64,000 nt of DNA from Phycisphaerales bacterium (GTDB taxonomy: Bacteria > Planctomycetota > Phycisphaerae > Phycisphaerales > UBA1924): positions 2,688,001-2,752,000 of the forward strand of contig OZ245777.1 of NCBI GenBank assembly GCA_965227775.1. The letters run 5' to 3'. The translations under genes and the position numbers were made by a program. This document shows, piece by piece, positions 46,624 through 55,130 of the stretch (the stretch's first letter is position 1; every line of letters begins with the position of its first letter). The notes beneath the pieces are model-generated. The model was not told the origin of the DNA. It worked only from the letters and a program-made list of their open reading frames with translations, and searched no databases.

Positions 46624-46752
46624 TCTCGGGCCTGCACCACCCGAACGGTTTGCTCCCAACGGACATCTGACATAACATCCCCTTCCCCGGAATGGCCGCT
46701 CGCTGAGCCCCCTGGCCACGCCGGAACCTGAGCCAATTCCAAGGAGGATGCG

Positions 46753-47958
46753 ATGCCGGCGACGATGGCCCCCGAGACCACGAAGAAGTCCTTGATCGAG
46801 CCCCACGGCGGCACCCTGGTAAACCAGGTGGCCGAAGGCGCCCGCCGCGAAGAGCTGATCAAGGAAGCCGAGGGTCTCACCCGCATCGACCTCTCGATGA
46901 AGCAGTCGTGCGATGTCGAAGTGATCGGCACCGGCGCCTTCAGCCCGCTCACCGGCTTCATGGGCTCGGCCGACGTCAAGGGCGTCATCGAGGACATGCG
47001 CCTGGCGAGCGGAACCCGCTGGCCCATCCCAATCACCCTGAGCGTCGATGGCTCCAAGGCCCCCAAGCAGGGCGAGCGCGTCGCGCTCTTCGCACCCAAC
47101 GGCACGCTCCAAGCGGTGATGACTGTCGAGGAGGTTTTCGCGCACGACCATGACGCCGAGGCGACGATCTTCTTCAACAACGCCGGCGACGACGACGGCC
47201 AGCACCCCGGCGCCGAGGCCGTCAAGAAAGAGGGCGATACGTGCCTGGCCGGCCCGATCGAGGTCGTCACCGTGTGCGTCGATCCCGACGGCCCCGAGGC
47301 GTTCCTCGACAAGCGGCTGACGCCTGCGCAAACGCGCGCCGCGTTCGAGGCCAAGGGCTGGGGCACCGTCAGCGCCTTCCAGACGCGTAACCCGATCCAC
47401 CGGGCCCACGAGTACCTGTGCAAGTGCGCCCAGGAGATCACCGACGGACTGCTCATCCATCCGCTGGTGGGCGAGACCAAGCCCGGTGACATCCCCGCCG
47501 ACGTGCGCATGGAGTGCTACGAGGTCCTTGTGGACGAGTACTTCAACAAGGAGCGCACGATGATCACGGTCATGCCCGCGGCCATGCGGTACGCCGGCCC
47601 GCGTGAGGCCATCCTGCACGCCATCGTCCGCCAGAACTATGGCTGCTCGCACTTCATTGTCGGCCGCGACCACGCGGGCGTGGGCAGCTACTACGGCACC
47701 TACGACGCCCAGGAGATCTTCGACCGATTCGATGAGGGCGACCTGAAGATCACCCGCCTGAACTTTGAGCACGCCGCGTGGAGCCATAAGGCCCAGGGCA
47801 TGGTGAGCGGCAAGACCTTCCCCAAGCTCGAGGGCGACCAGGTGTTCTTGAGCGGCACCAAGGTGCGCGAGATGCTCGCCGCCGGACAGCGCCCTCCGCA
47901 GGAGTTCAGCCGTCCCGAAGTGGCCGACGTGCTGATCAAGTGGGCGACGAAGAAGTAA
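46753..47958 (+). CDS. sat: Sulfate adenylyltransferase (Sat type)
   Basis: PHGG.L, FSPL.GFM, FQTRNPIHRAHEY, MRYAGPREA, HFIVGRDHAGVG, SGT.VR; AAGGAGG RBS. Confidence 0.96.
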   Translation: MPATMAPETTKKSLIEPHGGTLVNQVAEGARREELIKEAEGLTRIDLSMKQSCDVEVIGTGAFSPLTGFMGSADVKGVIEDMRLASGTRWPIPITLSVDGSKAPKQGERVALFAPNGTLQAVMTVEEVFAHDHDAEATIFFNNAGDDDGQHPGAEAVKKEGDTCLAGPIEVVTVCVDPDGPEAFLDKRLTPAQTRAAFEAKGWGTVSAFQTRNPIHRAHEYLCKCAQEITDGLLIHPLVGETKPGDIPADVRMECYEVLVDEYFNKERTMITVMPAAMRYAGPREAILHAIVRQNYGCSHFIVGRDHAGVGSYYGTYDAQEIFDRFDEGDLKITRLNFEHAAWSHKAQGMVSGKTFPKLEGDQVFLSGTKVREMLAAGQRPPQEFSRPEVADVLIKWATKK

Positions 47959-47981
47959 CTCGCCTCACATCTTGAACAAGC

Positions 47982-48007
47982 GAAACCCGGGCGCACGCCC
48001 GGGTTTC
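47982..48007. terminator. Intrinsic terminator between sat and the kinase gene
   Basis: gaaacccgggc-gcac-gcccgggtttc. Confidence 0.8.
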
Positions 48008-48039
48008 ATGTTTATTCAGTGAATGCGTGTGAGACTGCG

Positions 48040-49638
48040 TCACGCCCGACTGGTTTGTTCATTCCCAGACGCTGGCGCGAATGCCGGCAGCAGCACCTCA
48101 AACTCAGCGCCTTGGCCCGATTCTCGATTCCGCGCGATCAGCACGCCACCGTGCTCGCGGACGATGCCGTCGGCGACGGCCAGACCAAGGCCGGTGCCCT
48201 TGGCGTCCAGCCGCGAGCTCACGAACGGCTCGAACAGCGTTGCCAGCAGTTCGGGGCGGATGCCCGGGCCGTTGTCGGCGATGGTTATGCTCACCCAGTT
48301 GGAGCCCTCGCGCTCGAGTGGCTCGGCGGCGATGCGCACCACAGGATCCGACGCTTCGCTCTCAACGAGCGCTTCCGCCGCGTTGCGCACCAGGTTGACC
48401 AGCACCTGCACGAGCCTGTCACCATCGCATGGGACGGCGAGCGAGTCGGGCACGTGCACCTCGACCGACACACGCCGCACGGAATCGTCCAGGCTCAGGA
48501 GCTCCAGCGCTTGGCGTGCAAGGCCGGCGACCTCGACCCGCGAGACACGAGGCGAGCGCACGCGCGCGAAGTCGAGCAAGCCGTCGCCCAAGCGCTCGAG
48601 GCGATCGACCACTCGCCCCATCAACCGGGCCTTGCGCTCGTCCACAGGCTGGCCGGGCTTGGCGTTCAGCTCGCTCACGAGCCCCTTCAGCACCGCGAGC
48701 GGCGTGTTGATCTCGTGCGCAACGCCCGCACTCAGCATGCCCAGAGAAGCGAGCCTGTCCGCGTCGGCGAGGTTCCGTCGCGCGTTCTCCAGAAGGTGGT
48801 TCTTGCGCTTCAGGTCCCCTGCCACGCGCTCAAGCTCTGCGAGCGTGCGCGCGAGCTCTGATTCGTTGCGTCGCAAGGCCGCGATCGATCGATTCCGGCT
48901 ACGCATGATCTCGCCCAGCTCGTCCTGGGGCATGAACCTGGGATCGATCAGCTCGCCGCCACGGACTCCCTGCTGCACCGCCAGGTCGGCGCGCAGCATC
49001 CGGCGAATGGGCTGGTACACGTGCCGCGGCAGCACGAAGATCTCCAGCGCGGCGGCAATGAGCAGATACACGCCCAACATGCTCAGCAGCAACACGACGT
49101 CGAGCCGCTTCACCGAAGCACGCACGCCTTGAAGCCGGCGGTCAACCACGAAGTAGCCGCCCCCAGCCGCATGCGGGCGGTACACCCCGGCCGACCCGAG
49201 GCCCAGGCCATCGCCCGCGCCGTGCGCGAGCGGCACCGGAGCGGTCGCAGCCCGCTGCAAGCTGGCGACGGCGTCCGAGTCGAGTCCCAGCGAATCGGCC
49301 TGGCCCCACCGCAGCGTGATGCCCGGCCCAACGGCGCGTTCGCCGTTAGGCCGGTCCTCGGTCAGCTCCCGCAGGTCGAGCGTTCCCAGCACGTAGGCGG
49401 CATCCTCGGCCTCGGCCTGGCGCACGAGGTCGCCGATGGCCGGCCGTAGGATGAAGAACATCAGCGCCGCCAGCCCCGCCGAGAACACCGTGTGCAGCAG
49501 GATGAGCTTTTTGCGGATGCGCATTGTGCCGAGCAGCTTCTTGGGGGCTCGGCGCAATCGCTCCGAAGGCGAGTCCGGCGTCGCCGCGATCGCGGCGGAG
49601 GTGGCTGACGGGTCGCTCTTTGCCGGCGGTTCCTGCAC
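48040..49638 (-). CDS. Membrane sensor histidine kinase (HAMP-HisKA-HATPase)
   Basis: Two TMs, DELG, AGVAHEINTPL, QVLVNLVRNA, DNGPGI, FEPF, GTGLGL. Confidence 0.92.
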   Translation of the reverse strand: MQEPPAKSDPSATSAAIAATPDSPSERLRRAPKKLLGTMRIRKKLILLHTVFSAGLAALMFFILRPAIGDLVRQAEAEDAAYVLGTLDLRELTEDRPNGERAVGPGITLRWGQADSLGLDSDAVASLQRAATAPVPLAHGAGDGLGLGSAGVYRPHAAGGGYFVVDRRLQGVRASVKRLDVVLLLSMLGVYLLIAAALEIFVLPRHVYQPIRRMLRADLAVQQGVRGGELIDPRFMPQDELGEIMRSRNRSIAALRRNESELARTLAELERVAGDLKRKNHLLENARRNLADADRLASLGMLSAGVAHEINTPLAVLKGLVSELNAKPGQPVDERKARLMGRVVDRLERLGDGLLDFARVRSPRVSRVEVAGLARQALELLSLDDSVRRVSVEVHVPDSLAVPCDGDRLVQVLVNLVRNAAEALVESEASDPVVRIAAEPLEREGSNWVSITIADNGPGIRPELLATLFEPFVSSRLDAKGTGLGLAVADGIVREHGGVLIARNRESGQGAEFEVLLPAFAPASGNEQTSRA

Positions 49639-49669
49639 GACGGCATCGTACGCGTCCCTATCATCTCCC

Positions 49670-51136
49670 TTGGCACACACCAGAACCAATCCACGCGGCC
49701 GAGGCCGCTCTCGCTCCGCATCGCCTCGCTTTGAGACCGCCCGCTCGGTTGTGCACCAGCGGCTCCGGGAAGAGGCACACCGCTACCCCGACCTCGGGCT
49801 CGAGCCGCTCGACACCGGGCCGATCAAGGGTCCGGGCGCCGGCCGCGAAGCCGCGCTCGCCCACGCCATCTACGACGCCGTGATGCGGCGATGGATCACG
49901 CTCGAAGCGATCATCGCGCCCCACACGAGCCGGCCGATCGCAGAGATGGACAGTACCGTCCGCGCTGCCCTTCTGGCTGGGGCCGCCCAACTCCTGCTGC
50001 TCGACCGCATCCCTCCCCATGCGGCCATCAACGAAGCGGTCGACTGGACGCGTGCCGCCGGCAAGCCCAAGGCCACGGGGCTGGTCAACGCCGTGCTCCG
50101 CCGGGTCGCCGAGTCGGTCGCACGTGGCGAGGAGGGGTGGCCGGTCGTTCTCGATGGACCCGCCGCCGACCACGTCGGTAAGGCCGACCTCCTGCCTCTG
50201 CACGATGGCCGAGCCATCCAGCTCTCACGCGAGGCCTTCCCAACCGAGACGCTGCCCTGGCTCGAACAGGCCTGCGGCCTGCCGCGAGCATTGGTCGAAC
50301 GCTGGCACGGTCAACTCGGTGAAGCCGGTGCGATCGAGCAATCGCTGCACACGCTCGTTCATCCGCCTGTAGTCATCAACCACGGCCACGCGGGCGACCC
50401 GGTCGAAGCGCCCGAGGGCCAAACGCTTACGCGCCACCAGCGCGACGGCCTGAGCGTGCTGGGCCCCATCGGGGCGAGCCCGCGCGAGATCCTCAAAGGT
50501 CGCAAGGACGTCTGGGTGCAGGACGCGACATCTGCGGGGGCGCTCGACGTGCTCGCGGACCTGGAGTCGACGCCCTCCCTCGTCGTCGATCTGTGCGCCG
50601 GCATGGGTACCAAGACCCGCCAGCTGCGCGCGATGTTCCCTGAAGCGACGATCCTCGCGTGCGACACCAACGACGCGCGCGCCAAGGGCCTGCGCCGCGT
50701 ATTCGCGAAGGACGAGAAGACCCAGGTCCTCGAGATCGAGGACGTGCGTTACGAAGCCGCGGGCAAGGCTCACCTCGTGCTCCTCGACGTGCCGTGCAGT
50801 AACTCGGGCGTACTACCGCGGCGGCCCGAGGCGCGATATCGCCTGGGCCTCGAGAAGGCTGAAGGCCAGATCGAGCGGCTCACGGGGGTGCAGCGAGATC
50901 TGCTCGCCCAGAGCCGCGCCATGCTCGCACCCGGTGGAATGGTGGTCTATGCCACGTGCAGCATGGACGCGGAAGAGAACCAAGACATCACCGCGTGGGC
51001 GTGCGAATCGGCCGGCTTCAAGCTGCTCAAGGAATCCTCAACACAGCCAGCAGGCCTGCCCGGCGAGTCGCCGACGGCCTATCGAGACGGCGGATACGCC
51101 GCCTTACTGGTCGCCGAGGGATCGGAGAGGCGATAG
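49670..51136 (+). CDS. RsmB/Sun-like rRNA m5C methyltransferase with NusB-like domain
   Basis: P.HAAINEAV, GLVNAVLR, VQD..S, DLCAG.G.KT, LDVPCSNSG, VYATCS...EEN. Probable leaderless TTG start. Confidence 0.85.
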   Translation: MAHTRTNPRGRGRSRSASPRFETARSVVHQRLREEAHRYPDLGLEPLDTGPIKGPGAGREAALAHAIYDAVMRRWITLEAIIAPHTSRPIAEMDSTVRAALLAGAAQLLLLDRIPPHAAINEAVDWTRAAGKPKATGLVNAVLRRVAESVARGEEGWPVVLDGPAADHVGKADLLPLHDGRAIQLSREAFPTETLPWLEQACGLPRALVERWHGQLGEAGAIEQSLHTLVHPPVVINHGHAGDPVEAPEGQTLTRHQRDGLSVLGPIGASPREILKGRKDVWVQDATSAGALDVLADLESTPSLVVDLCAGMGTKTRQLRAMFPEATILACDTNDARAKGLRRVFAKDEKTQVLEIEDVRYEAAGKAHLVLLDVPCSNSGVLPRRPEARYRLGLEKAEGQIERLTGVQRDLLAQSRAMLAPGGMVVYATCSMDAEENQDITAWACESAGFKLLKESSTQPAGLPGESPTAYRDGGYAALLVAEGSERR

Positions 51137-51229
51137 GCGGGCGGCAGGGGGTCTACAGTGGCCCCATGACCGATGTCCGCGGCCGCGTGAGGGCCACCGG
51201 ATGACGGCGAGCGGCGGAGCGGGACACCG

Positions 51230-51691
51230 ATGAAGTTGCTGGACATCCTGACGCCCGAGTGCGTGAAGGCGCCGCTCGACTCGGCCGACAAACGCGCGGT
51301 CATCGATGAGATGGTCGACCTGCTGGCCGGCCTCGGCCGTGTTAACAACGCCCAGGCCCTGAAAGACGCCGTCTGGGCGCGCGAGCAAACCCGCACCACC
51401 GGCATCGGCCATGGCTTGGCCATCCCCCACGGCAAGTGCGAGGGCCTCAGCGGCCTGGCGATGGCGATCGGAAAGCCCGCGAGCCCCATCGAGTTCGAGG
51501 CTATCGATGGCCAGCCCGTCCGCCTCATCGTCCTGCTTGCCAGCCCGCCCGACCGCACGAGCGACCACATCCAGGCGCTGGCCCGCATCAGCCGCCTGAT
51601 GACCATGGACGACTTCCGCGACCGCATCTACGCGGCCAGCACGCCGGAAGAGATCTACGAACTCCTCCAGGATCAGGAAAAGGCCGGCTAA
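51230..51691 (+). CDS. PTS IIA (Ntr/Fru-type) domain protein
   Basis: RE...TTGIG.GLAIPHGK, F.AIDG.PV, H...LA.ISR. Confidence 0.9.
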   Translation: MKLLDILTPECVKAPLDSADKRAVIDEMVDLLAGLGRVNNAQALKDAVWAREQTRTTGIGHGLAIPHGKCEGLSGLAMAIGKPASPIEFEAIDGQPVRLIVLLASPPDRTSDHIQALARISRLMTMDDFRDRIYAASTPEEIYELLQDQEKAG

Positions 51692-51742
51692 GGCAAGCCC
51701 GCGCTCACCGATCCTCCGGGAACATCCCTCTAGAATCTCAGC

Positions 51743-53722
51743 GTGCCCGTTCTGGCTGTCGCCAATCTCGAGCTTTCATACGGCGACGACGTGATCCTGC
51801 GCGGTTGCTCGCTGTCGGTCGAGCCGCGCGAACGCGTCGCGATCGTCGGCCCAAACGGCACCGGCAAGAGCAGCCTGCTGAAGATCATGGCCGGCGTGCA
51901 GAAGTCCGACGCGGGCGAGATCTCGCTGCAGCGCGGCGCACGCGTGGCCTACCTCGCGCAAGACCCGCAGATCGACCGAGGCGTCACGCTCCGTGAGCAC
52001 GCGGCGAGCGCGTTCGAAGAACTCGCCGCCTTGCACAAGCAGCTCGAAGCCGTCTTCCACAAGCTGGCCGATGCCGATGGCGATGAGCTGCAGAAGGCCA
52101 TGGCCGAGCAGGCGCGGATCGAAGAGCGCATCCAGGCCGCCGGCGGCTACAACATCGACCACCGTATCGACGGCGTGCTCCACGGCCTTGGCTTCCGAGA
52201 CGCCCAGTTCGCACTCCCGGTCGAGAAGCTCAGCGGCGGACAGAAGGCCCGGCTGGCATTGGCTCGCGCCCTGCTGACCGAGCCCGACGTGCTGCTGATG
52301 GACGAGCCCACGAACCACCTGGACGTGCACGGCCGGATCTGGCTCGAGGACTTTTTGGTCGAGACGTTTAAGGGTGCCGTCGTACTCATCGCCCACGACC
52401 GATCGGTGCTAACCCGCGTGGCCCAACGCATCGTCGAGCTCGAGCGCGGTCGGGTGATCAGCTACCCGGGCGGATACACGGCGTTCCGGACGCTCCGGGC
52501 CGATCGGTTGCGCACACAGATGGAAGCCTGGGAGCGCCAGCAGACGAAGTTCAAGCAAGAGCAGGCCTTCATCGACAAGTACCGGGCGGGGCAACGGGCG
52601 AAGCAGGCCAAGGGCCGAGAGAGCCGCCTCGACCGAGCTCGCGAGTCATCGACGCTCGAGAAGCCCGTCGAGATGGCCGTCTTCAAGCCCAGCCTGCCGC
52701 AAGCGCCGCGCACGGGTGACATCGTCGTCAAGGCCACCGGCCTCACAATGCGATACCCGCGCGACGAAGGCTCGATGCTCACGCTCTTCGAGAACCTCGA
52801 CATCACCATCTCACGTGGTGAGCGTTGGGGCGTGGTCGGCCCCAACGGCGCGGGGAAGAGCACGCTCGTGGAGTGCCTGCTCGGCAAGCGCGACCCGACG
52901 GGTGGCCAGATCAAGCACGGAGCGGGGCTCAAGGTCGGCTACTTCAGCCAGGGTCGGGGCGACATGGATCCGATGACGACCGTGCCGAGGCACATCCAGC
53001 GTGTCGTCGCCCGACTGGCAGAGACGGAAGAGGGCCCGGACAAGCCCAAGCTCTTGACCGAGCAGGAGTCGCGCGACCTGGCCGGCGCGTTCCTGTTCTC
53101 GGGTGATCGCCAGGAAGCAATCCTGGGCGACATGTCGGGCGGCGAGCGCGCGCGAGCGGCGCTCGCGGCGCTGCTCGCCTGTGCGCGCAATGTGCTGGTG
53201 CTCGACGAACCGACCAACCACCTCGATATACCCAGCGCCGAGCGGCTTGAGGCCATGCTCGAGCGCGGCGAGGGCAAGAAGAGCGGCACCTTCGATGGGA
53301 CGCTCATCGTCGTCAGCCACGACCGCACGCTCGTCGACGCCGTGTGCGATCACCTCATCGTGTTTGACGGCAAGGGTGGCGTGAGCCTGCACCTGGGCGG
53401 CTGGAGCGATTGGCTCGCGGGCGGGGCGCGTTCGATCTCGGCCCCAGAGCCCGTGCAGCGCGCGGCACCCCCACCGCCGCCGCCAGCAGCCGCCCCGACC
53501 GCCCGATCGAAGGCGAGCAAGAGCAAGTACTCGTGGATGCCCGTGGAGGCCATCGAAGAGAAGATCAAGGAGCTCGAAGGCGAGATCGCCCGCATCGATG
53601 TGAAGCTCGACGATCCCGACATCTGGAAGGACGCCATCAAGGCCGCGGAGATCAACGCCAGTCGCGATGATCTCAAGGCCGAGCTGGACGCCCTGGAAAC
53701 GGAGTGGCTCGGCCGTGTCTGA
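51743..53722 (+). CDS. ABC-F family ATPase (Uup/YheS-like)
   Basis: Two ABC cassettes (GPNGTGKS/LSGGQ/DEPTNHLD; GPNGAGKS/MSGGE/DEPTNHLD), no TMs, C-terminal coil. Confidence 0.93.
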   Translation: MPVLAVANLELSYGDDVILRGCSLSVEPRERVAIVGPNGTGKSSLLKIMAGVQKSDAGEISLQRGARVAYLAQDPQIDRGVTLREHAASAFEELAALHKQLEAVFHKLADADGDELQKAMAEQARIEERIQAAGGYNIDHRIDGVLHGLGFRDAQFALPVEKLSGGQKARLALARALLTEPDVLLMDEPTNHLDVHGRIWLEDFLVETFKGAVVLIAHDRSVLTRVAQRIVELERGRVISYPGGYTAFRTLRADRLRTQMEAWERQQTKFKQEQAFIDKYRAGQRAKQAKGRESRLDRARESSTLEKPVEMAVFKPSLPQAPRTGDIVVKATGLTMRYPRDEGSMLTLFENLDITISRGERWGVVGPNGAGKSTLVECLLGKRDPTGGQIKHGAGLKVGYFSQGRGDMDPMTTVPRHIQRVVARLAETEEGPDKPKLLTEQESRDLAGAFLFSGDRQEAILGDMSGGERARAALAALLACARNVLVLDEPTNHLDIPSAERLEAMLERGEGKKSGTFDGTLIVVSHDRTLVDAVCDHLIVFDGKGGVSLHLGGWSDWLAGGARSISAPEPVQRAAPPPPPPAAAPTARSKASKSKYSWMPVEAIEEKIKELEGEIARIDVKLDDPDIWKDAIKAAEINASRDDLKAELDALETEWLGRV

Positions 53723-53723
53723 C

Positions 53724-54014
53724 ATGCCTTACGTTGATCCCGTCCGCCGCAAGCACACGCAGCGCATCAAGCTCGGCGCGATCGTGGCCTGCACGCCCTG
53801 GCTCTTGCTGGGGCTGGTTGGCTTGATCTCTGCCGGCGTTACCGCCGCCCGGGCCGCGCGCCTGCCGATCGATGAGATCCGCCCGCTGGCGATCGCCACG
53901 CTGTCCGTCTGCGCGTTCATCAGCATCGTCGGCCTGGCGATCATGATCCTGGGCATCGCAGGGCTGGCCGTTTCGAACAAGCCGAGCAACAACGCGGAAG
54001 GGACAAAGCCATGA
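53724..54014 (+). CDS. Small 2-TM membrane protein
   Basis: ATG 1 nt after the ABC-F stop; two hydrophobic helices. Confidence 0.6.
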   Translation: MPYVDPVRRKHTQRIKLGAIVACTPWLLLGLVGLISAGVTAARAARLPIDEIRPLAIATLSVCAFISIVGLAIMILGIAGLAVSNKPSNNAEGTKP

Positions 54015-54298
54015 CGCGATTCATTGGCTGGATCCTGCTGCTCGTCGGTCTGGGGCTCATGATCACCGGACTCGCGATGGCCTTGCAGGGTTACGTGCAC
54101 ATCATCCATGAGGCGGTCAGCAACCCGCTCGCAGAGGGCGCCGCCAGCGACGAGCCCGAGAAGGCTCAGGCGGGCACGATGCTGCGGTGGGCCATCGTTG
54201 GGCTCGCGGGCGTGCCCTTCGCTGCGGTGGGCTTCATGCTGACCCTCAAGAGCCGCCTGAGGCGGATGAAAGCACGCCGCCTCTCCGCCGCACGCTGA
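54011..54298 (+). CDS. Small 2-TM membrane protein
   Basis: ATGA overlap with the previous gene; two hydrophobic helices. Confidence 0.65.
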   Translation: MTRFIGWILLLVGLGLMITGLAMALQGYVHIIHEAVSNPLAEGAASDEPEKAQAGTMLRWAIVGLAGVPFAAVGFMLTLKSRLRRMKARRLSAAR

Positions 54299-54324
54299 CA
54301 CGAACGCTCGGGGTACACTTGCGC

Positions 54325-54984
54325 ATGCTTACGCGAGACCAGATCACCAAGCGAGCGGCCAAGGAACTGCGTGACGGCTACGTCGTGAATCTCGGCATCG
54401 GCATGCCGACCCTCGTGGCCAACCACATCCCCGAGGGCATGGACGTGTGGCTGCAATCCGAGAATGGGCTGCTGGGTATCGGCCCGTTCCCGACCGATGC
54501 CGAGGTGGATGCCGACCTGATCAATGCCGGCAAGCAAACGGTGACGGCCCGCACGGGCGCCAGCTTCTTCAGCAGCGCCGAGAGCTTCGGCATGATCCGA
54601 GGTGGGCACATCGACATGTGCATCCTGGGCGCTATGGAGGTCAGCCAAGAGGGCGACATCGCCAACTGGATGATCCCGGGCAAGATGGTCAAGGGCATGG
54701 GCGGAGCGATGGACCTTGTCGCGGGCGTCCGCAAGGTCGTCGTAGCCATGGAGCACTGCAACAAGCACGGCCAGTCGAAGATCGTGGAGCAATGCTCGCT
54801 ACCGCTGACCGGCCAGCGTTGTGTCAACATGGTCATTACCGACCTTTGCGTGCTGGTCATGGACGTCAACAGGCACCGCTTCGTGCTGACCGAGGTCGCC
54901 CCGGGTGTCACGGTCGACGAGGTGAAGGCCAAGACCGAGGCCGAGATCTTGGTCGCCGACAGCGTCGCCGAGGTCGCAGCCTGA
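54325..54984 (+). CDS. scoB: 3-oxoacid CoA-transferase subunit B
   Basis: [13 protein letters not shown] catalytic motif, [27 protein letters not shown]. Confidence 0.92.
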   Translation: MLTRDQITKRAAKELRDGYVVNLGIGMPTLVANHIPEGMDVWLQSENGLLGIGPFPTDAEVDADLINAGKQTVTARTGASFFSSAESFGMIRGGHIDMCILGAMEVSQEGDIANWMIPGKMVKGMGGAMDLVAGVRKVVVAMEHCNKHGQSKIVEQCSLPLTGQRCVNMVITDLCVLVMDVNRHRFVLTEVAPGVTVDEVKAKTEAEILVADSVAEVAA

Positions 54985-55130
54985 GAATCCGGCCCAGACC
55001 GCAGCATTCATTCAAGCGGGAAAACCAGACGACCGATCCGTAAGGGCCGGCTTGGTGGGCTTTCCGGATACCATCGACCGGTTATCGAACCTCAGCATCC
55101 GCGTCGGACGCGAGCCGGGGCCGATGGACA

